A stretch of DNA of 64,000 bases from an uncultured Gemmatimonadota bacterium. GTDB lineage: Bacteria > Gemmatimonadota > Gemmatimonadetes > Palauibacterales > Palauibacteraceae. The translations under genes and the position numbers were made by a program. The stretch spans positions 2,586 to 66,585 of the forward strand of contig CAZVIY010000008.1 in the NCBI GenBank assembly GCA_964627425.1, given 5' to 3'. Positions within the stretch are counted from its first letter, which is position 1; each line of letters begins with the position of its first letter. Below the pieces are notes generated by a model. It was not told where the DNA came from and made no database searches. It was given only the letters and a program-made list of their open reading frames with translations. Positions 18,664 to 29,508 of this stretch are shown here, piece after piece.

Positions 18664-18682
18664 TCTTCAGCAGCCCTCCGGC

Positions 18683-20149
18683 TCAGTCCCGCTTCCCGAA
18701 CCAGACGCCCTCCGTCCGGCCCGTGGCGGCGTAGAACCCGGTGACCATCCCCACCCGGTTCCGCTCGAACTGGATCCGGAAGCGCTCGCCCAGCCGGAAG
18801 CTGCCCTCCTCCTCCATCGGCTCGGCCTCGAGGCGCCCGTGCCAGCGGTGCTCGGCCACCAGCCCGTCGTCGGTGGCCCGGAGGGTGTAGACGGTCTCCA
18901 GCTCCGGACTCACGTACCTGCCGGCGAAGGCACGGAGCTCCCCGGCCGTGGGCTCCCAGGCGTCCGGCTCCTCCTCTTCGGACGCCCGCTCCGGGGAGCC
19001 CTCCTCCCCGGACTCCTCCTCCGGCTCCATGTGCTCGGCGAAGGCGAACTCGGCCACCTCGTCGGCCGTGCTCCCGGCGCTCACGTCGTCGTAGTTGCTC
19101 ATGACCACGACGCCCGCGTCCAGCTCCGGGTAATAGCTGAGCTGGGCCCGGTATCCCGCGTGGGACCCACCGTGCTGGATCCGACGGAGGCCCCGGTGCT
19201 CGTCGATCCGGAGACCCAGGGCGTAGTCGGTGGTGTCGCCGGAGGCGAGGACGAACCGGTGGCGCATCCGGTCCCGGACGGCGTCACCCCCCACCTCCCC
19301 CGTCCGGAAGTTCCCGAACCACCGGGCCACGTCCCCCACGGTGGTGTAGACCTCCGCCGCCCCGTAGATAGACCGGTTGCTGAACTCCAGACGGTAGCCA
19401 TCCTCGCGGTCGCCCGTGTAGGAATAGGCGGCCCCGGGGATCACCTGACCCACGGCGTCCTCGATGGAGGTGTCGTCCATCCCCAGGGGGTCGAAGACGT
19501 TCTCCTCCATCCATGCCGGCGAGTCCTCTCCCGTCACCCGGCGGGCGATCTCGTCCAGGATGACGAAGGCCGTGCTGTTGTACTTCCAGTCCGAGCCGGC
19601 CGGGAACTCCAGCGCCGGCTGCCGGCGCACCACCTCCAGGGCCTCCTCCCTCGGGAGGTGGTCCCGGCCGGTGATGCGACCCGCCAGGGCCAGGGTCCCG
19701 TAGGCTTCCCGGTAACCGCTGGTGTGGGTGAGAAGATGCCGGAGGGTCACGGTGCGGTCGAAGGTGGGCCAGTCGGGCAGGTGCTCGGCCACCGGCTCCT
19801 CCAGGGAGAGAGCGCCCCGGCTCTCCAGGAGCGCGAAGGCGAAAGCCATGAACTGCTTGGCCCCCGAGCCGAGGTTGAAGCTCGTCTCCGGGGTGATGGG
19901 GACCCCGTGGGCCAGGTCCGCCATGCCGTAGCCCTCGGCGAAGGCCACCTCCCCGCCCCGGATCACGCCCACCACGGCCCCGGGGGAATCGTCCCGGTCG
20001 TACTCGGCCATGAGGGAGTCCACGTGGGCTTCCAGGGAATCGGCGGCTCCGGCGCTCACGTCGGCCGGGTCGCCGGCGAGCTGGCCCGTCCAGAGGGCGA
20101 AGGCCACGAGGGCGGCGCCGACGGCGGAGAGGGATCGGGGACGGATCAT
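18683..20149 (-). CDS. Serine hydrolase, beta-lactamase/transpeptidase-like (class C fold), secreted
   Basis: Signal peptide. SxxK motif SGAKQF. YxN-type region. 488 aa with a C-terminal extension. Confidence 0.8.
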   Translation of the reverse strand: MIRPRSLSAVGAALVAFALWTGQLAGDPADVSAGAADSLEAHVDSLMAEYDRDDSPGAVVGVIRGGEVAFAEGYGMADLAHGVPITPETSFNLGSGAKQFMAFAFALLESRGALSLEEPVAEHLPDWPTFDRTVTLRHLLTHTSGYREAYGTLALAGRITGRDHLPREEALEVVRRQPALEFPAGSDWKYNSTAFVILDEIARRVTGEDSPAWMEENVFDPLGMDDTSIEDAVGQVIPGAAYSYTGDREDGYRLEFSNRSIYGAAEVYTTVGDVARWFGNFRTGEVGGDAVRDRMRHRFVLASGDTTDYALGLRIDEHRGLRRIQHGGSHAGYRAQLSYYPELDAGVVVMSNYDDVSAGSTADEVAEFAFAEHMEPEEESGEEGSPERASEEEEPDAWEPTAGELRAFAGRYVSPELETVYTLRATDDGLVAEHRWHGRLEAEPMEEEGSFRLGERFRIQFERNRVGMVTGFYAATGRTEGVWFGKRD

Positions 20150-20257
20150 GGGAACGTTCCTGCCGGTCGAGGTGGTGATGGGAGGGCCCGCGCCTCCGGG
20201 CCCGTTACGAACGTGGTGGTCCCGACGGGAAGACGATGGGGAGCGGGTCCCTCCACC

Positions 20258-23125
20258 TCAACCCGGGAAGCGGGTCCCGTCCCGAAGGTAGTCGCCGAAG
20301 GCCGCGGCGGACACCGCGGGGGAGAAGAGGAAGCCCTGGGCGTGACGGCACCCCCGCTCCCGGAGCCAGGCCCGCTGCTCCCCGGTCTCGACCCCCTCGG
20401 CCACCGGAGCGAGCCCCATGGCCTCGGCCAGGGTGAGGCTCGCCTCCAGCACCGCCTCGTGCCGGCTGGAGATCCCGATGCGCTCCACGAAGAGCCGGTC
20501 GAGCTTCAGGCTGTCCAGCCGCAGGGTGGCCAGCCGCTCCAGGGTGGCGTACTGGGTGCCGAAGTCGTCGACGGCCACCGGGGAGCCGTGGGCCCGGATC
20601 GTCTCCAGCACGCCGGAGCTCTCCACGGCCACGCTCTCGGTGACCTCGAACGTCACCTGCTCCGGCTCCACGCCGGCCTCCCGGAACAGGGCGTCCAGGA
20701 CCTCCACGATGTCGGGACGGTCGAGCTCCCTCGCCGACAGGTTCACGTGGAGCCGGAACCCCTCGGGGAGCACCCCCTCCTCGGCCCACCGGGAGAGCTG
20801 GAAGCAGGCGGCACGGCAGATCTGCCGGCCCAGGTCCACGATGAGCCCGGTCTCCTCGGCCAGCGGGATGAACTCGGAGGGGGAGACGTGGCCCCGCTCG
20901 GGATGGATCCATCGGGCCAGGGCCTCGCCCCCGACGATCCGGCCGTCCTCGATGTCCACGATGGGCTGGAAGTGGGGCTCCACCTCCTCCCTCTCCAGGG
21001 CCTCCTTCAGCTCGATCTCCCGGCGGAGGCGGCCCGTGGCCCGGCCTTCGATCTCGGGATCGGAGACACGGTACGACGAGCCCGGCTCCTCCTTGGCCTC
21101 GTACATGGCCCGGTCGGCCCGGTGAACCAGCTCGTCGGCGGTCATCCCCTCCGGCCCGCCCTCGCCGCCGGCGAAGGCGATCCCGCAGCTCACCCGGACC
21201 AGGGCTTCCTCGCCCGCCACCGACACCGGGATCCGGAACTGGTCGGTCAGACGCCGGGCCGCCTCCTCGGCGTCGGCCTCCCGGTCCAGGTCCTCCAGGA
21301 GCACGCCGAACTCGTCCCCCCCGAGCCTGGCCACCGTATCCGCCTCCCGGACCGACGAGGCCAGGCGTCCCGCGATCTCCCGGAGGACGCTGTCGCCGGC
21401 GCCGTGGCCGTGCTCGTCGTTGATACGCTTGAACCGGTCCAGGTCCACGAAGAAGACGGCGATCCGCTCGCCCGTACGCTGGCTCCGCTCCAGGGCATGA
21501 TTCAGGCGGTCCCAGAACAGCGTCCGGTTCGGGAGGCCCGTGAGGGGATCGTGGAGCGACCGGTGCTCCAGCTCCCGCTCCACGGCCTTCAGGTGGGAGA
21601 TGTCCTGGAGGGCGGCCACCAGGAACCCCTCGCCGTCCAGCCGGAGCTCCGAAGCGGAGAACAGGGCGTGGAAGACCTCGCCGTTCTTCCGGCGGAGGCG
21701 GACCTCGGCGCTCCGGACCGTCTCCCCCTCCTGCACCCGGCGGTAGACGCGCCGGCGCTCGCCCGGGTCCTCCCAGAGGGCGTCGCTGGTCACCGGGCCC
21801 TCCACCAGCTCCCGGCGGCCGTAACCGAACATCTCCTGGAAGCTCTCGTTCACGTCCAGGTACTCGTCGGTCTCCGCGTGGACGATCTTCAGGGCCACCG
21901 GGCTGATGTCGAACACGCCCCGGAACTTGTCCCGGGCGCGCTCCAGCGCCTGCCGGGCCCGGACCCGGCCGGTGATGTCGAACAGGAGTCCCTCGACGAG
22001 CCTCCCCCCGTCGGACTCTTCCACGAGCTGGGAGTTGGCCAGCACCCAGATCGGGGTGCCGTCACGCCGCTGGAGGCGGAGCTCGTACTCGATGGACATC
22101 CCCGTGTCCCGGAGCGCCTCGAAGGTCTCCATCCGCTCCTCGTCTCCCCCGGGATAGAACCGGCCGGCGGGGACGCCCACGATCTCGTCGGGGGATTCGT
22201 ACCCGAACATGTCGGCGATGGCCTGGTTGCACTCCACGATCCGGCCGCCCGGTCCCGGACGGGAGCGGAACACTCCGATGAGGTCCTGCTCGAACAAGCG
22301 GCGGTACCGCTCCCGTGAGAGCCTGAGGTCCAGCTCCATGCGCCTGCGGTCCGAGATGTCCACCACCGTCCCCACCAGGGCCTCGGGCTCCCGGTCGGCG
22401 GGGTCGTCGACCCACACGGCGTTCACCAGACTCCACTGGACGGAGCCGTCGGCCCGCCGGAGTTCCAGCTCGCGATTCCGGACCTGCCGGTGCTCCTCCA
22501 GGGCCCGCCGGAGCTCCTCCCGGGACGCGTCCGCCTCGAACAGGTCGGTCACGGTTCGGCCCAGGATCTCCTCCGGCGCCTCGTGGCCGACCATCCGGGC
22601 CAGGGCCCCGTTGGCGGCCAGGATCCGGCCCTCCGGCGCGGCACGGAAGACGGCGGCCACGTCGTTCTCGAACAGGGCACGGTAGCTCCGGGCCAGGATC
22701 CGGCGCTCCTCCTCCGGCCCTTCGGCGGCCGTGACGTCCCGGATGGTTCCGGCGAAGAGCCGTTCGTCCCAACGGCTGAACTCGGAGAAGGAGATCCGGA
22801 GATCGAGCTCGTGCCCGCTCCGATGGAGACCGGGGAGCGCGACCTCCGACCAGGGTCGGGTCCGGGTCCCCGTGGCCAGGTACCGCCGGAGCGCCTCGCG
22901 ATGCCGCGCCCGGAACTCCTCGGGCATGAGGATGGTCAGGGATTCGCCCTCCAGCTCCTCCCGACCGTAGCCGAAGATCCGGGTCATGGCGGGGTTGGCG
23001 TATCGGATCCGGCTCTCCCCGTCGATCACCACCAGTCCCTCGGTGAGATCGTCGGCCAGGACCAGGGGGAGGAGGTACCGGCGCGCATCGCCTTCCACTT
23101 CGGCGCGTCCGGTGGGTGGTTCCAT
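20258..23125 (-). CDS. Multi-PAS sensor GGDEF/EAL protein (c-di-GMP turnover)
   Basis: 955 aa. Several PAS units. RxxD I-site plus intact GGDEF (READTVARLGGDEFGVLL). EAL domain (GGEALARW, DDFGTQY). Confidence 0.9.
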   Translation of the reverse strand: MEPPTGRAEVEGDARRYLLPLVLADDLTEGLVVIDGESRIRYANPAMTRIFGYGREELEGESLTILMPEEFRARHREALRRYLATGTRTRPWSEVALPGLHRSGHELDLRISFSEFSRWDERLFAGTIRDVTAAEGPEEERRILARSYRALFENDVAAVFRAAPEGRILAANGALARMVGHEAPEEILGRTVTDLFEADASREELRRALEEHRQVRNRELELRRADGSVQWSLVNAVWVDDPADREPEALVGTVVDISDRRRMELDLRLSRERYRRLFEQDLIGVFRSRPGPGGRIVECNQAIADMFGYESPDEIVGVPAGRFYPGGDEERMETFEALRDTGMSIEYELRLQRRDGTPIWVLANSQLVEESDGGRLVEGLLFDITGRVRARQALERARDKFRGVFDISPVALKIVHAETDEYLDVNESFQEMFGYGRRELVEGPVTSDALWEDPGERRRVYRRVQEGETVRSAEVRLRRKNGEVFHALFSASELRLDGEGFLVAALQDISHLKAVERELEHRSLHDPLTGLPNRTLFWDRLNHALERSQRTGERIAVFFVDLDRFKRINDEHGHGAGDSVLREIAGRLASSVREADTVARLGGDEFGVLLEDLDREADAEEAARRLTDQFRIPVSVAGEEALVRVSCGIAFAGGEGGPEGMTADELVHRADRAMYEAKEEPGSSYRVSDPEIEGRATGRLRREIELKEALEREEVEPHFQPIVDIEDGRIVGGEALARWIHPERGHVSPSEFIPLAEETGLIVDLGRQICRAACFQLSRWAEEGVLPEGFRLHVNLSARELDRPDIVEVLDALFREAGVEPEQVTFEVTESVAVESSGVLETIRAHGSPVAVDDFGTQYATLERLATLRLDSLKLDRLFVERIGISSRHEAVLEASLTLAEAMGLAPVAEGVETGEQRAWLRERGCRHAQGFLFSPAVSAAAFGDYLRDGTRFPG

Positions 23126-23464
23126 GTGAGGACGGGAGATGGTGGGTCAGGGAAGTGCCGGCGACGGAGGCCGGGTCCGGACGAGGCCAGAATCTACGTT
23201 GTCTATGATACGCTTCGGGTTAGGCGCGTACAAGCAAACACGAGGGCGGGGTGACCGGCTCCAACACCTGAATGCCCGGAGCGCCCGTTTTGTTCCCGAG
23301 CGCCCCGGAGGATCCCGGGATCCGCGACGGAAGGTCCGGAACCGCGCCGGCGCCTCCGCTTGCTCCGGGAGGCGGCGCGGGGTCATCCTGTTTCCGGCGG
23401 TGCCCACCCGGCGGGGCGGCCGACGTCGCTCCCGCGCCAGCGCTCACCGTAGCCCTCTGCCACC

Positions 23465-25273
23465 ATGAGCCACCGACTCCTCTCCCGCTCCGCGCTCCTC
23501 GTCGGACTCGCCGTCCTCGCCTCGCCCGCGGCCCTGGCCGCCCAGGAGGGCCACGGAGGCGGGGACCGGCTCACGGGCGCCGACTATGCCCGGAGTCCCG
23601 TGATCGCCTCCCACGGCATGGCCGCCACCAGCCAGCCGCTGGCCTCCCAGATCGCCGTGGACGTCCTGAAGGACGGGGGGAGCGCCGTGGACGCCGCCAT
23701 CGCCGCCAACGCGGCCCTGGGGCTCATGGAGCCCACCGGCAACGGGATCGGCGGGGACCTGTTCGCCATCGTCTACGACCCGGCCACCGACTCCGTGTAC
23801 GGCCTGAACGCCAGCGGTCGCTCGCCCCGGGGGCTCTCCTACGATGAGATGCGAGCCGAGCTCGGCGACCGGGACCGGATCCCGCTGCTGGGGCACCTGC
23901 CGGTGAGCGTTCCCGGCGCGGTGAGCGGCTGGTACGCCCTGCACGAGCGGTTCGGCGAGCGGTCCATGGCCGAGAACCTGGCGCCGGCCATCCGATACGC
24001 CCGGGAGGGCTTCCCCGTCTCCCAGGTCATCGCCTACTACTGGGACGAATACAACGTCCAGGACTTCCGCGCGGCCGACCTCCCGGACGACAACTGGCGG
24101 GAGACGTACCTGGTGGAGGGCGAGGACGGGGAGATGCGGGCACCCCGTGAGGGCGAGATCTTCCGGAACCCCGATCTGGCCGGCACCCTGGAGGCCATCG
24201 CCGAAGGGGGGGAGGAGGCGTTCTACGAGGGGGAGATCGCCGAGACCATCGACGCCTACATGCGGCGCATCGGCGGGCACCTGCGCCACGAGGACCTGGC
24301 CTCCCACGAGGCCGAGTGGGTGGACCCGGTGAGCGTGGACTACCGGGGCGTCCGCGTCTACGAGCTCCCGCCCAACGGCCAGGGGATCGCGGCCCTCCAG
24401 ATGCTGCAGATCCTGGAGGGGTTCGACGTGGCCGGGATGGGCCACAACTCCACCGACTACCTGCACGTCCAGGCCGAGGCCAAGAAGCTGGTCTTCGAGG
24501 ACCGGGCCCGCTTCTACGCCGACCCGGACTTCGCCGACGTGCCGGTCCGGGAGCTGGTCTCCCAGGACTACGCCGACCGGCGGCGGGAGCTCATCGAGAT
24601 GGACGGCGTCCTGTCGGCGCCGCCCGCGGGGGATCCGGAGTCGGCGACGGCGGCGGCCATGAGCCCGGAGATGCGGGAGCGCCTGGACGAAGGCGACACC
24701 ATCTACCTGACGGTGGCCGACTCCGACGGCATGATGGTCTCGCTCATCCAGAGCAACTACGCGGGCATGGGGAGCGGGCTGGTGCCCGACGGCCTCGGCT
24801 TCATGCTCCAGAACCGGGGTGCCCTCTTCGCCATGGAGGAGGGCCATCCCAACGTCTATGAGCCGGGCAAGCGCCCCTTCCACACCATCATCCCCGCCTT
24901 CGCCACCAGGGACGGCGAGCCGTTCCTGAGCTTCGGCGTCATGGGGGGCGGCATGCAGCCCCAGGGTCACGCCCAGGTCCTCATGAACATCGTGGACTTC
25001 GGGATGGACGTGCAGGAGGCCGGCGACGCGGCCCGCTACCGGCACTACGGGAGCAGCTCGCCCACCGGCGGGGAGATGGACGGGCGGGGCGTGCTGCGGC
25101 TGGAGAGCGGCGTCCGCCAGGACGTGGTCACCGCCCTCATCGGCCGCGGCCACGACGTGTCCGTGGGCGCCGGCGGCTACGGCGGCTACCAGGCCATCCT
25201 CTGGGACCCGGCCGAAGGCGTCTACTGGGGCGGCACCGAGATGCGCAAGGACGGGACGGTGGCGGGGTACTGA
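23465..25273 (+). CDS. ggt: Gamma-glutamyltransferase
   Basis: Signal peptide. ATSQPLASQIAVDVLKDGGSAVDAAIAA. Autoprocessing/nucleophile Thr context GDTIYLTVAD. MGGGMQPQGHAQ. Confidence 0.9.
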   Translation: MSHRLLSRSALLVGLAVLASPAALAAQEGHGGGDRLTGADYARSPVIASHGMAATSQPLASQIAVDVLKDGGSAVDAAIAANAALGLMEPTGNGIGGDLFAIVYDPATDSVYGLNASGRSPRGLSYDEMRAELGDRDRIPLLGHLPVSVPGAVSGWYALHERFGERSMAENLAPAIRYAREGFPVSQVIAYYWDEYNVQDFRAADLPDDNWRETYLVEGEDGEMRAPREGEIFRNPDLAGTLEAIAEGGEEAFYEGEIAETIDAYMRRIGGHLRHEDLASHEAEWVDPVSVDYRGVRVYELPPNGQGIAALQMLQILEGFDVAGMGHNSTDYLHVQAEAKKLVFEDRARFYADPDFADVPVRELVSQDYADRRRELIEMDGVLSAPPAGDPESATAAAMSPEMRERLDEGDTIYLTVADSDGMMVSLIQSNYAGMGSGLVPDGLGFMLQNRGALFAMEEGHPNVYEPGKRPFHTIIPAFATRDGEPFLSFGVMGGGMQPQGHAQVLMNIVDFGMDVQEAGDAARYRHYGSSSPTGGEMDGRGVLRLESGVRQDVVTALIGRGHDVSVGAGGYGGYQAILWDPAEGVYWGGTEMRKDGTVAGY

Positions 25274-25294
25274 AGGCTCCGGGCGGCGTCCTCC

Positions 25295-26560
25295 TCACCC
25301 CTCCACCCCGTGCCGTCGGGCCTCCTCCCGGAAGTCCTCCCGGAGGCCCGACCACTCGATCCGGATGCCCCCGCCCCCCGACCGCCGGTCCGGCTGACTG
25401 TAGAGCGAGGCGAACGCCTCCGCCCACCGGTCGTCCACGCCCAGGGCCACCGCGTAGGGCAGGTACGCCTCGAACTCGGCGGGGGACTCGATCATCCGCC
25501 GAAAGCGGTCCTCCTCCACCTGGTCCAGGAACTCCCGGAAGCCGCGGGCCTGGGCGAGCGCCCGGGCGCCCTTCAGGGTCCGGGCCGGCATCATCCAGCC
25601 CCCGATGGAGACCACCAGGCCGCTCAGGAGCCCGGCGAAGACGGAGACGGGCTCGCCCCCGAAGTACCACATGAGGCCGGCCGTGCCGACCCCGGCGAGG
25701 ACGTAGATACCCCGGCGGCCGCCGGGCAGGCCGTGATAGTAGCCCCGCTCGTCGAGGCGGGCGAGGAACCCCTCGTGGAGGACCCCCACGACGAGATAGA
25801 AGGAGTCCTCCAGCTCCGACATCCGGATCCGCTCGCGGCCCTCCCCGAAGAGCTCCCGGGCGAGCGCTCCCCCCTCCGCCCGCCCGCCGAGCAGGTGCCG
25901 GAACATCTCCTCCCTGCTCATCTCCTCGCGGTCGAGCTCGACGTCGGGACCCTGCTCCCTCCAGGCCCGGAGCAGGCCGCTCACCACGTCCGGACCGGTG
26001 ATCCCCGAGAGATCCTCGAACGTGAGGGACTCATCTCCGAAGAGCGCATAGAGGAGATCGGCCTCGTGGGAGGCGAGCTCCTCCTCCCAGCGTTCGGGCT
26101 CGGAGGTCCGCACGAAGACGTAGTCCCTCCGCTCCCCCTCCGCCGCGCCGTCCGACGCCTCGGCCCTGGGTGCCGTCGTCTCCTCGATCCGCAGGTATCC
26201 CCGGTGCGCCAGGTCGGCCAGGCAGGCGGTGACGTCGCGCATGTCCAGGGTGTGATCCACCAGGATCCCCACCTCGGCGGGGCTCAGCCCGTCGGGAGGC
26301 TCGTACCGGGGAGCGACGGTGCGCTTCTCGGGGTCCCGCCCCCGGCGCCACCACAGCCGCAGCATGACGGCGCCCATGAGCACCGGATGGAACAGGACCC
26401 ACCGGCCCGGGAGGAGGGCCAGTCCGGTCACCGCCACCGCCAGGATCACACCGGCCAGGCGCCAGTCCTCCGAGAAGGGGCCCCGATGGGCCGGGGCCTC
26501 CACGCGGCCGCTCCCGGCGGCGCGCCTCCCGTCGGTCGAGGGCTGGCGGTCCTCCGTCAT
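25295..26560 (-). CDS. DUF2207-like membrane protein
   Basis: YEPPDGLSPAEVGILVDHTLDMRDVTACLADLAHRGYLRIEE matches my recollection of the DUF2207 core. Multiple TM helices. Confidence 0.6.
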   Translation of the reverse strand: MTEDRQPSTDGRRAAGSGRVEAPAHRGPFSEDWRLAGVILAVAVTGLALLPGRWVLFHPVLMGAVMLRLWWRRGRDPEKRTVAPRYEPPDGLSPAEVGILVDHTLDMRDVTACLADLAHRGYLRIEETTAPRAEASDGAAEGERRDYVFVRTSEPERWEEELASHEADLLYALFGDESLTFEDLSGITGPDVVSGLLRAWREQGPDVELDREEMSREEMFRHLLGGRAEGGALARELFGEGRERIRMSELEDSFYLVVGVLHEGFLARLDERGYYHGLPGGRRGIYVLAGVGTAGLMWYFGGEPVSVFAGLLSGLVVSIGGWMMPARTLKGARALAQARGFREFLDQVEEDRFRRMIESPAEFEAYLPYAVALGVDDRWAEAFASLYSQPDRRSGGGGIRIEWSGLREDFREEARRHGVEG

Positions 26561-26902
26561 CCGATCCTCGCCTGCATACCGGAGTCGTCCAGCGAAGGAG
26601 GTGCCTCGAATGGACGAGACGGCCAGAACCTAAACGGTTCGCGGTCGGTTGACAGATCTCGCCGGCCGGTCCAACATCTCTCGCGTCGAGACCGGCCGGT
26701 TCGAGCTCATCCGGCAGCCGCCACGAGCCACCGACGGTGGGACGAGCGATGACGACCGGAACGATGCCCCGTTCCTTCCAGGAGCTGCGTGAGCGCGGGA
26801 GGCGACCGCCGGAGCCCGAGATGTGATCGGCGCGAGAACACGCTATGATGTCGCCCGGCGAGAGACGACGGCGCTGGACACCCCCTGACGGGAAGAGACG
26901 AT

Positions 26903-27640
26903 ATGACGACGAGCACCCTTGATCTGAAGCCGGTGGCGAAGGGAGTCGTGGCCGCGATCGCGCTCGCCGCGTGGGCCGGATGCGGTGGCGGAGCCGGGGA
27001 GGCCGGCAGCGAGGCCGAGGTCGCCGACGGCGAGACGGCCCGGGGGACGGAGAGGTCGGGCGCCTCGTGCGTGGCCGACTACCAGGAGTCGTCGTGCGAG
27101 CTCCTGACCCGGGAGCTCGTCCGCGGCGAGCTCCCCGACGCGCCCGCGGAGATGGAACAGGAGCGCAGGGGAGGGTCGTGCAGCTACTCGTGGCCCAGCG
27201 ACCGGACCGCGACGCGGGAGATCGGCCAGGGGACCATCGAGTACAACGAGAACGACCGGATCGGCCTGAGCTGGATCGAGACCTACGAGGAGGACGCGGC
27301 CGACCAGTTCCGCCGGTCCTATCTCCCCACCGACGAGGAGATGCAGCGGGGGCGGGAGATCATGCAGGAGGAATACGAGGAGCGGGCCCAGGAGGAAGGA
27401 CTCACCGGAGAGCAGCAGGAGATGGGCGAGAGCGTCGCCGAGGGAGCCGGACGGAACATGTCGTTCGAGAAGGTCGACGGCGTCGCCTCGAACGCGTCGT
27501 GGAACGCCGGTGACGCCACCCTCTACGTGCTCGACGGCAGCACCACGTTCCAGATCGAGGCCGTGGTCTCGGCCGACGACGCGGCCAACCGCGAGGCAGC
27601 CGTGGGAATCGCCGAAGCCGTCATGGAGGCATGCCGCTAA
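26903..27640 (+). CDS. Hypothetical acidic lipoprotein
   Basis: Lipobox ALAAWAGC. No recognisable domain. Confidence 0.6.
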   Translation: MTTSTLDLKPVAKGVVAAIALAAWAGCGGGAGEAGSEAEVADGETARGTERSGASCVADYQESSCELLTRELVRGELPDAPAEMEQERRGGSCSYSWPSDRTATREIGQGTIEYNENDRIGLSWIETYEEDAADQFRRSYLPTDEEMQRGREIMQEEYEERAQEEGLTGEQQEMGESVAEGAGRNMSFEKVDGVASNASWNAGDATLYVLDGSTTFQIEAVVSADDAANREAAVGIAEAVMEACR

Positions 27641-27674
27641 CGTCCAACCGTCAGGTCCGGCCCCGCTCAGGTCC

Positions 27675-28643
27675 ATGAGCCTGGACATCCGCCGTCCCTC
27701 CCTTCCACCGAACCCGGACCCGGCAGGCCCGGAGGCCGAGGGGCTCCGGCCGGACGGGTTCGCGGACCGTCTCGGAGGGCCCGTCGCCGGGATCTCCTCC
27801 CTCGGCTCCACCCGGTTCGATCACCGCGAGCCCTCCATGATCCTCGCGACCGCCCCGCACTGGAGCCACCGGATTCGCGACGGGATCGAGCCCAAGCTCC
27901 TCATCGACGAGACCACACGCCTCTACGACGAGGACCCGTACACGGAGCGCTTCCTGGGACCGTTCGCCACGGTCCTCGTGCCGAACCAGTCGCGGTACGA
28001 GGTGGACGTGAACCGTCCCCCGGACCTGGCCCTGTACACCCACCCGGACCGGGCCTGGGGCGAGAGGGTCTGGGGAGACGACCTCGACCGGTACGAGCGC
28101 GAGCGGTCGCTGGAGCTGTGGTACGAGTTCCACCGGTTCCTCGACGTCGCCGTGGAGGACGCCATCGAGCGCTTCGGCCGGGCCCTGCTGTTCGACATCC
28201 ACTCGTACAACTATCAGCGGGCCGGGGCGGTGGACTGGCGGGACGACCCCGATCCCACCATCAACCTGGGAACAGCCCACCTCCGGATGGACGCCGAGGG
28301 GGAGGAGATCCTGGACTGGATCCGCGAGCGGCTGCGCGCCTTCACCGTCCTCGGCGAGGAGGCCACCTTCGGCGAGAACGTCGTCTTCCACGGAGGCTAC
28401 ATCAGCCGGCGCATGAGCCGGACGTACGGTCCCCGGTGCATCACCGTGAGCGTCGAGTTCAAGAAGGTCTTCATGGAGGAGCTCACCGGCGAGCCCCACG
28501 AAGAGGTCCTCGAACATCTCGTCGAGCAGATGAACGCTCTGGTCCACGACCTGGGCCACCACCTGGATCAGGCCGTCCGCGAGCCCGCGGCCGTGCCGGA
28601 CGTGGTCAGCGACGGCTGGACGACGGGGCCTGAGAGCCCGTAG
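27675..28643 (+). CDS. N-formylglutamate amidohydrolase family protein
   Basis: In frame within ORF 27510-28643. RYEVDVNR, LLFDIHSY and FHGGYISR are FGase-family-like motifs. Start uncertain (ATG 27675 or 27837). Confidence 0.65.
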   Translation: MSLDIRRPSLPPNPDPAGPEAEGLRPDGFADRLGGPVAGISSLGSTRFDHREPSMILATAPHWSHRIRDGIEPKLLIDETTRLYDEDPYTERFLGPFATVLVPNQSRYEVDVNRPPDLALYTHPDRAWGERVWGDDLDRYERERSLELWYEFHRFLDVAVEDAIERFGRALLFDIHSYNYQRAGAVDWRDDPDPTINLGTAHLRMDAEGEEILDWIRERLRAFTVLGEEATFGENVVFHGGYISRRMSRTYGPRCITVSVEFKKVFMEELTGEPHEEVLEHLVEQMNALVHDLGHHLDQAVREPAAVPDVVSDGWTTGPESP

Positions 28644-28755
28644 GATGAGCCCGTCGCCGGGTCGCGCCCCGGCCTTCGGCCTCGGGGTGCGCCACCCGAT
28701 ACGAAGCGAACCCCTTGACCCGCAGCGAGCCGCCCGACCCGATGCCCGCCAGCCC

Positions 28756-29508
28756 ATGACACCAATCCGCGCCGCCCTCCTCCTGACGCTCGTCGCCGCG
28801 TGCTCCGGCGCGTCCGGCGACGCCGATCCCGCCCCCTCCGCCGAGGAGGCGGCACCGGCGCCCGGTGACACCGTGCCCCCTCCCAACACCCTGACCGAGG
28901 CCGAGCGCGCGGCGGGCTTCGAGCTGCTGTTCGACGGCGAGACGACCGCCGGCTGGCACGTCTTCCGGGGCGAGGGCACCCCCGGATGGGAGGTCCGCGA
29001 TGGCGCCCTGGTCCGGGTCGCCTCCGGAGGCGACCTCGTCACGGACCGCGTCTTCTCGGACTTCGAGCTCCGCCTCGAGTGGATGGTGGAGCCCGGGGGC
29101 AACAGCGGGATCCTCTACCGGATCCCCGACGGGGTGGAGCGGACCTTCCACGGCGGGCCCGAGATGCAGGTGCTGGACGACGCCGCCCATCCCGACGGCG
29201 GGTCCCGGCTCACCGCGGCGGGGGCCGTCTACGGGCTCTATCCGGCGCCGGAGGGCGCCGTCCGGCCGGCGGGCGAATGGAACCGGGTCCGGATCGTGGC
29301 GGACTCGGCCCACGTGGAGCACTGGCTCAACGGCGTGAAGGTGGCGGAGTACGAGCTGTGGTCCGACGACTGGGAGCGCCGGGTGGCCGGGGGCAAGTTC
29401 GACCAGTGGCCCGAGTACGGCCGCGCCCGGGAGGGATGGATCGGGCTCCAGGACCACGGTGACCTGGTGCGCTACCGGAACATCCGGATCCGCGAACTGG
29501 ACCGGTGA
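28756..29508 (+). CDS. DUF1080 (3-keto-disaccharide hydrolase-like) lipoprotein
   Basis: Internal ATG gives [18 protein letters not shown] (lipobox). [17 protein letters not shown]...GNSGILYR...[19 protein letters not shown] is a classic DUF1080 pattern. Confidence 0.85.
   Translation: MTPIRAALLLTLVAACSGASGDADPAPSAEEAAPAPGDTVPPPNTLTEAERAAGFELLFDGETTAGWHVFRGEGTPGWEVRDGALVRVASGGDLVTDRVFSDFELRLEWMVEPGGNSGILYRIPDGVERTFHGGPEMQVLDDAAHPDGGSRLTAAGAVYGLYPAPEGAVRPAGEWNRVRIVADSAHVEHWLNGVKVAEYELWSDDWERRVAGGKFDQWPEYGRAREGWIGLQDHGDLVRYRNIRIRELDR

Noticed and set aside
26662-26699. 10-bp perfect inverted repeat ccggccggtc...gaccggccgg with an 18-nt loop, in the 342-bp gap upstream of the lipoprotein gene, next to a TTGACA.
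   Set aside because: The core CCGGCCGG is itself palindromic and common in this GC-rich DNA. No U-tract follows, so it is not a terminator. It could be an operator, but the evidence is too thin.
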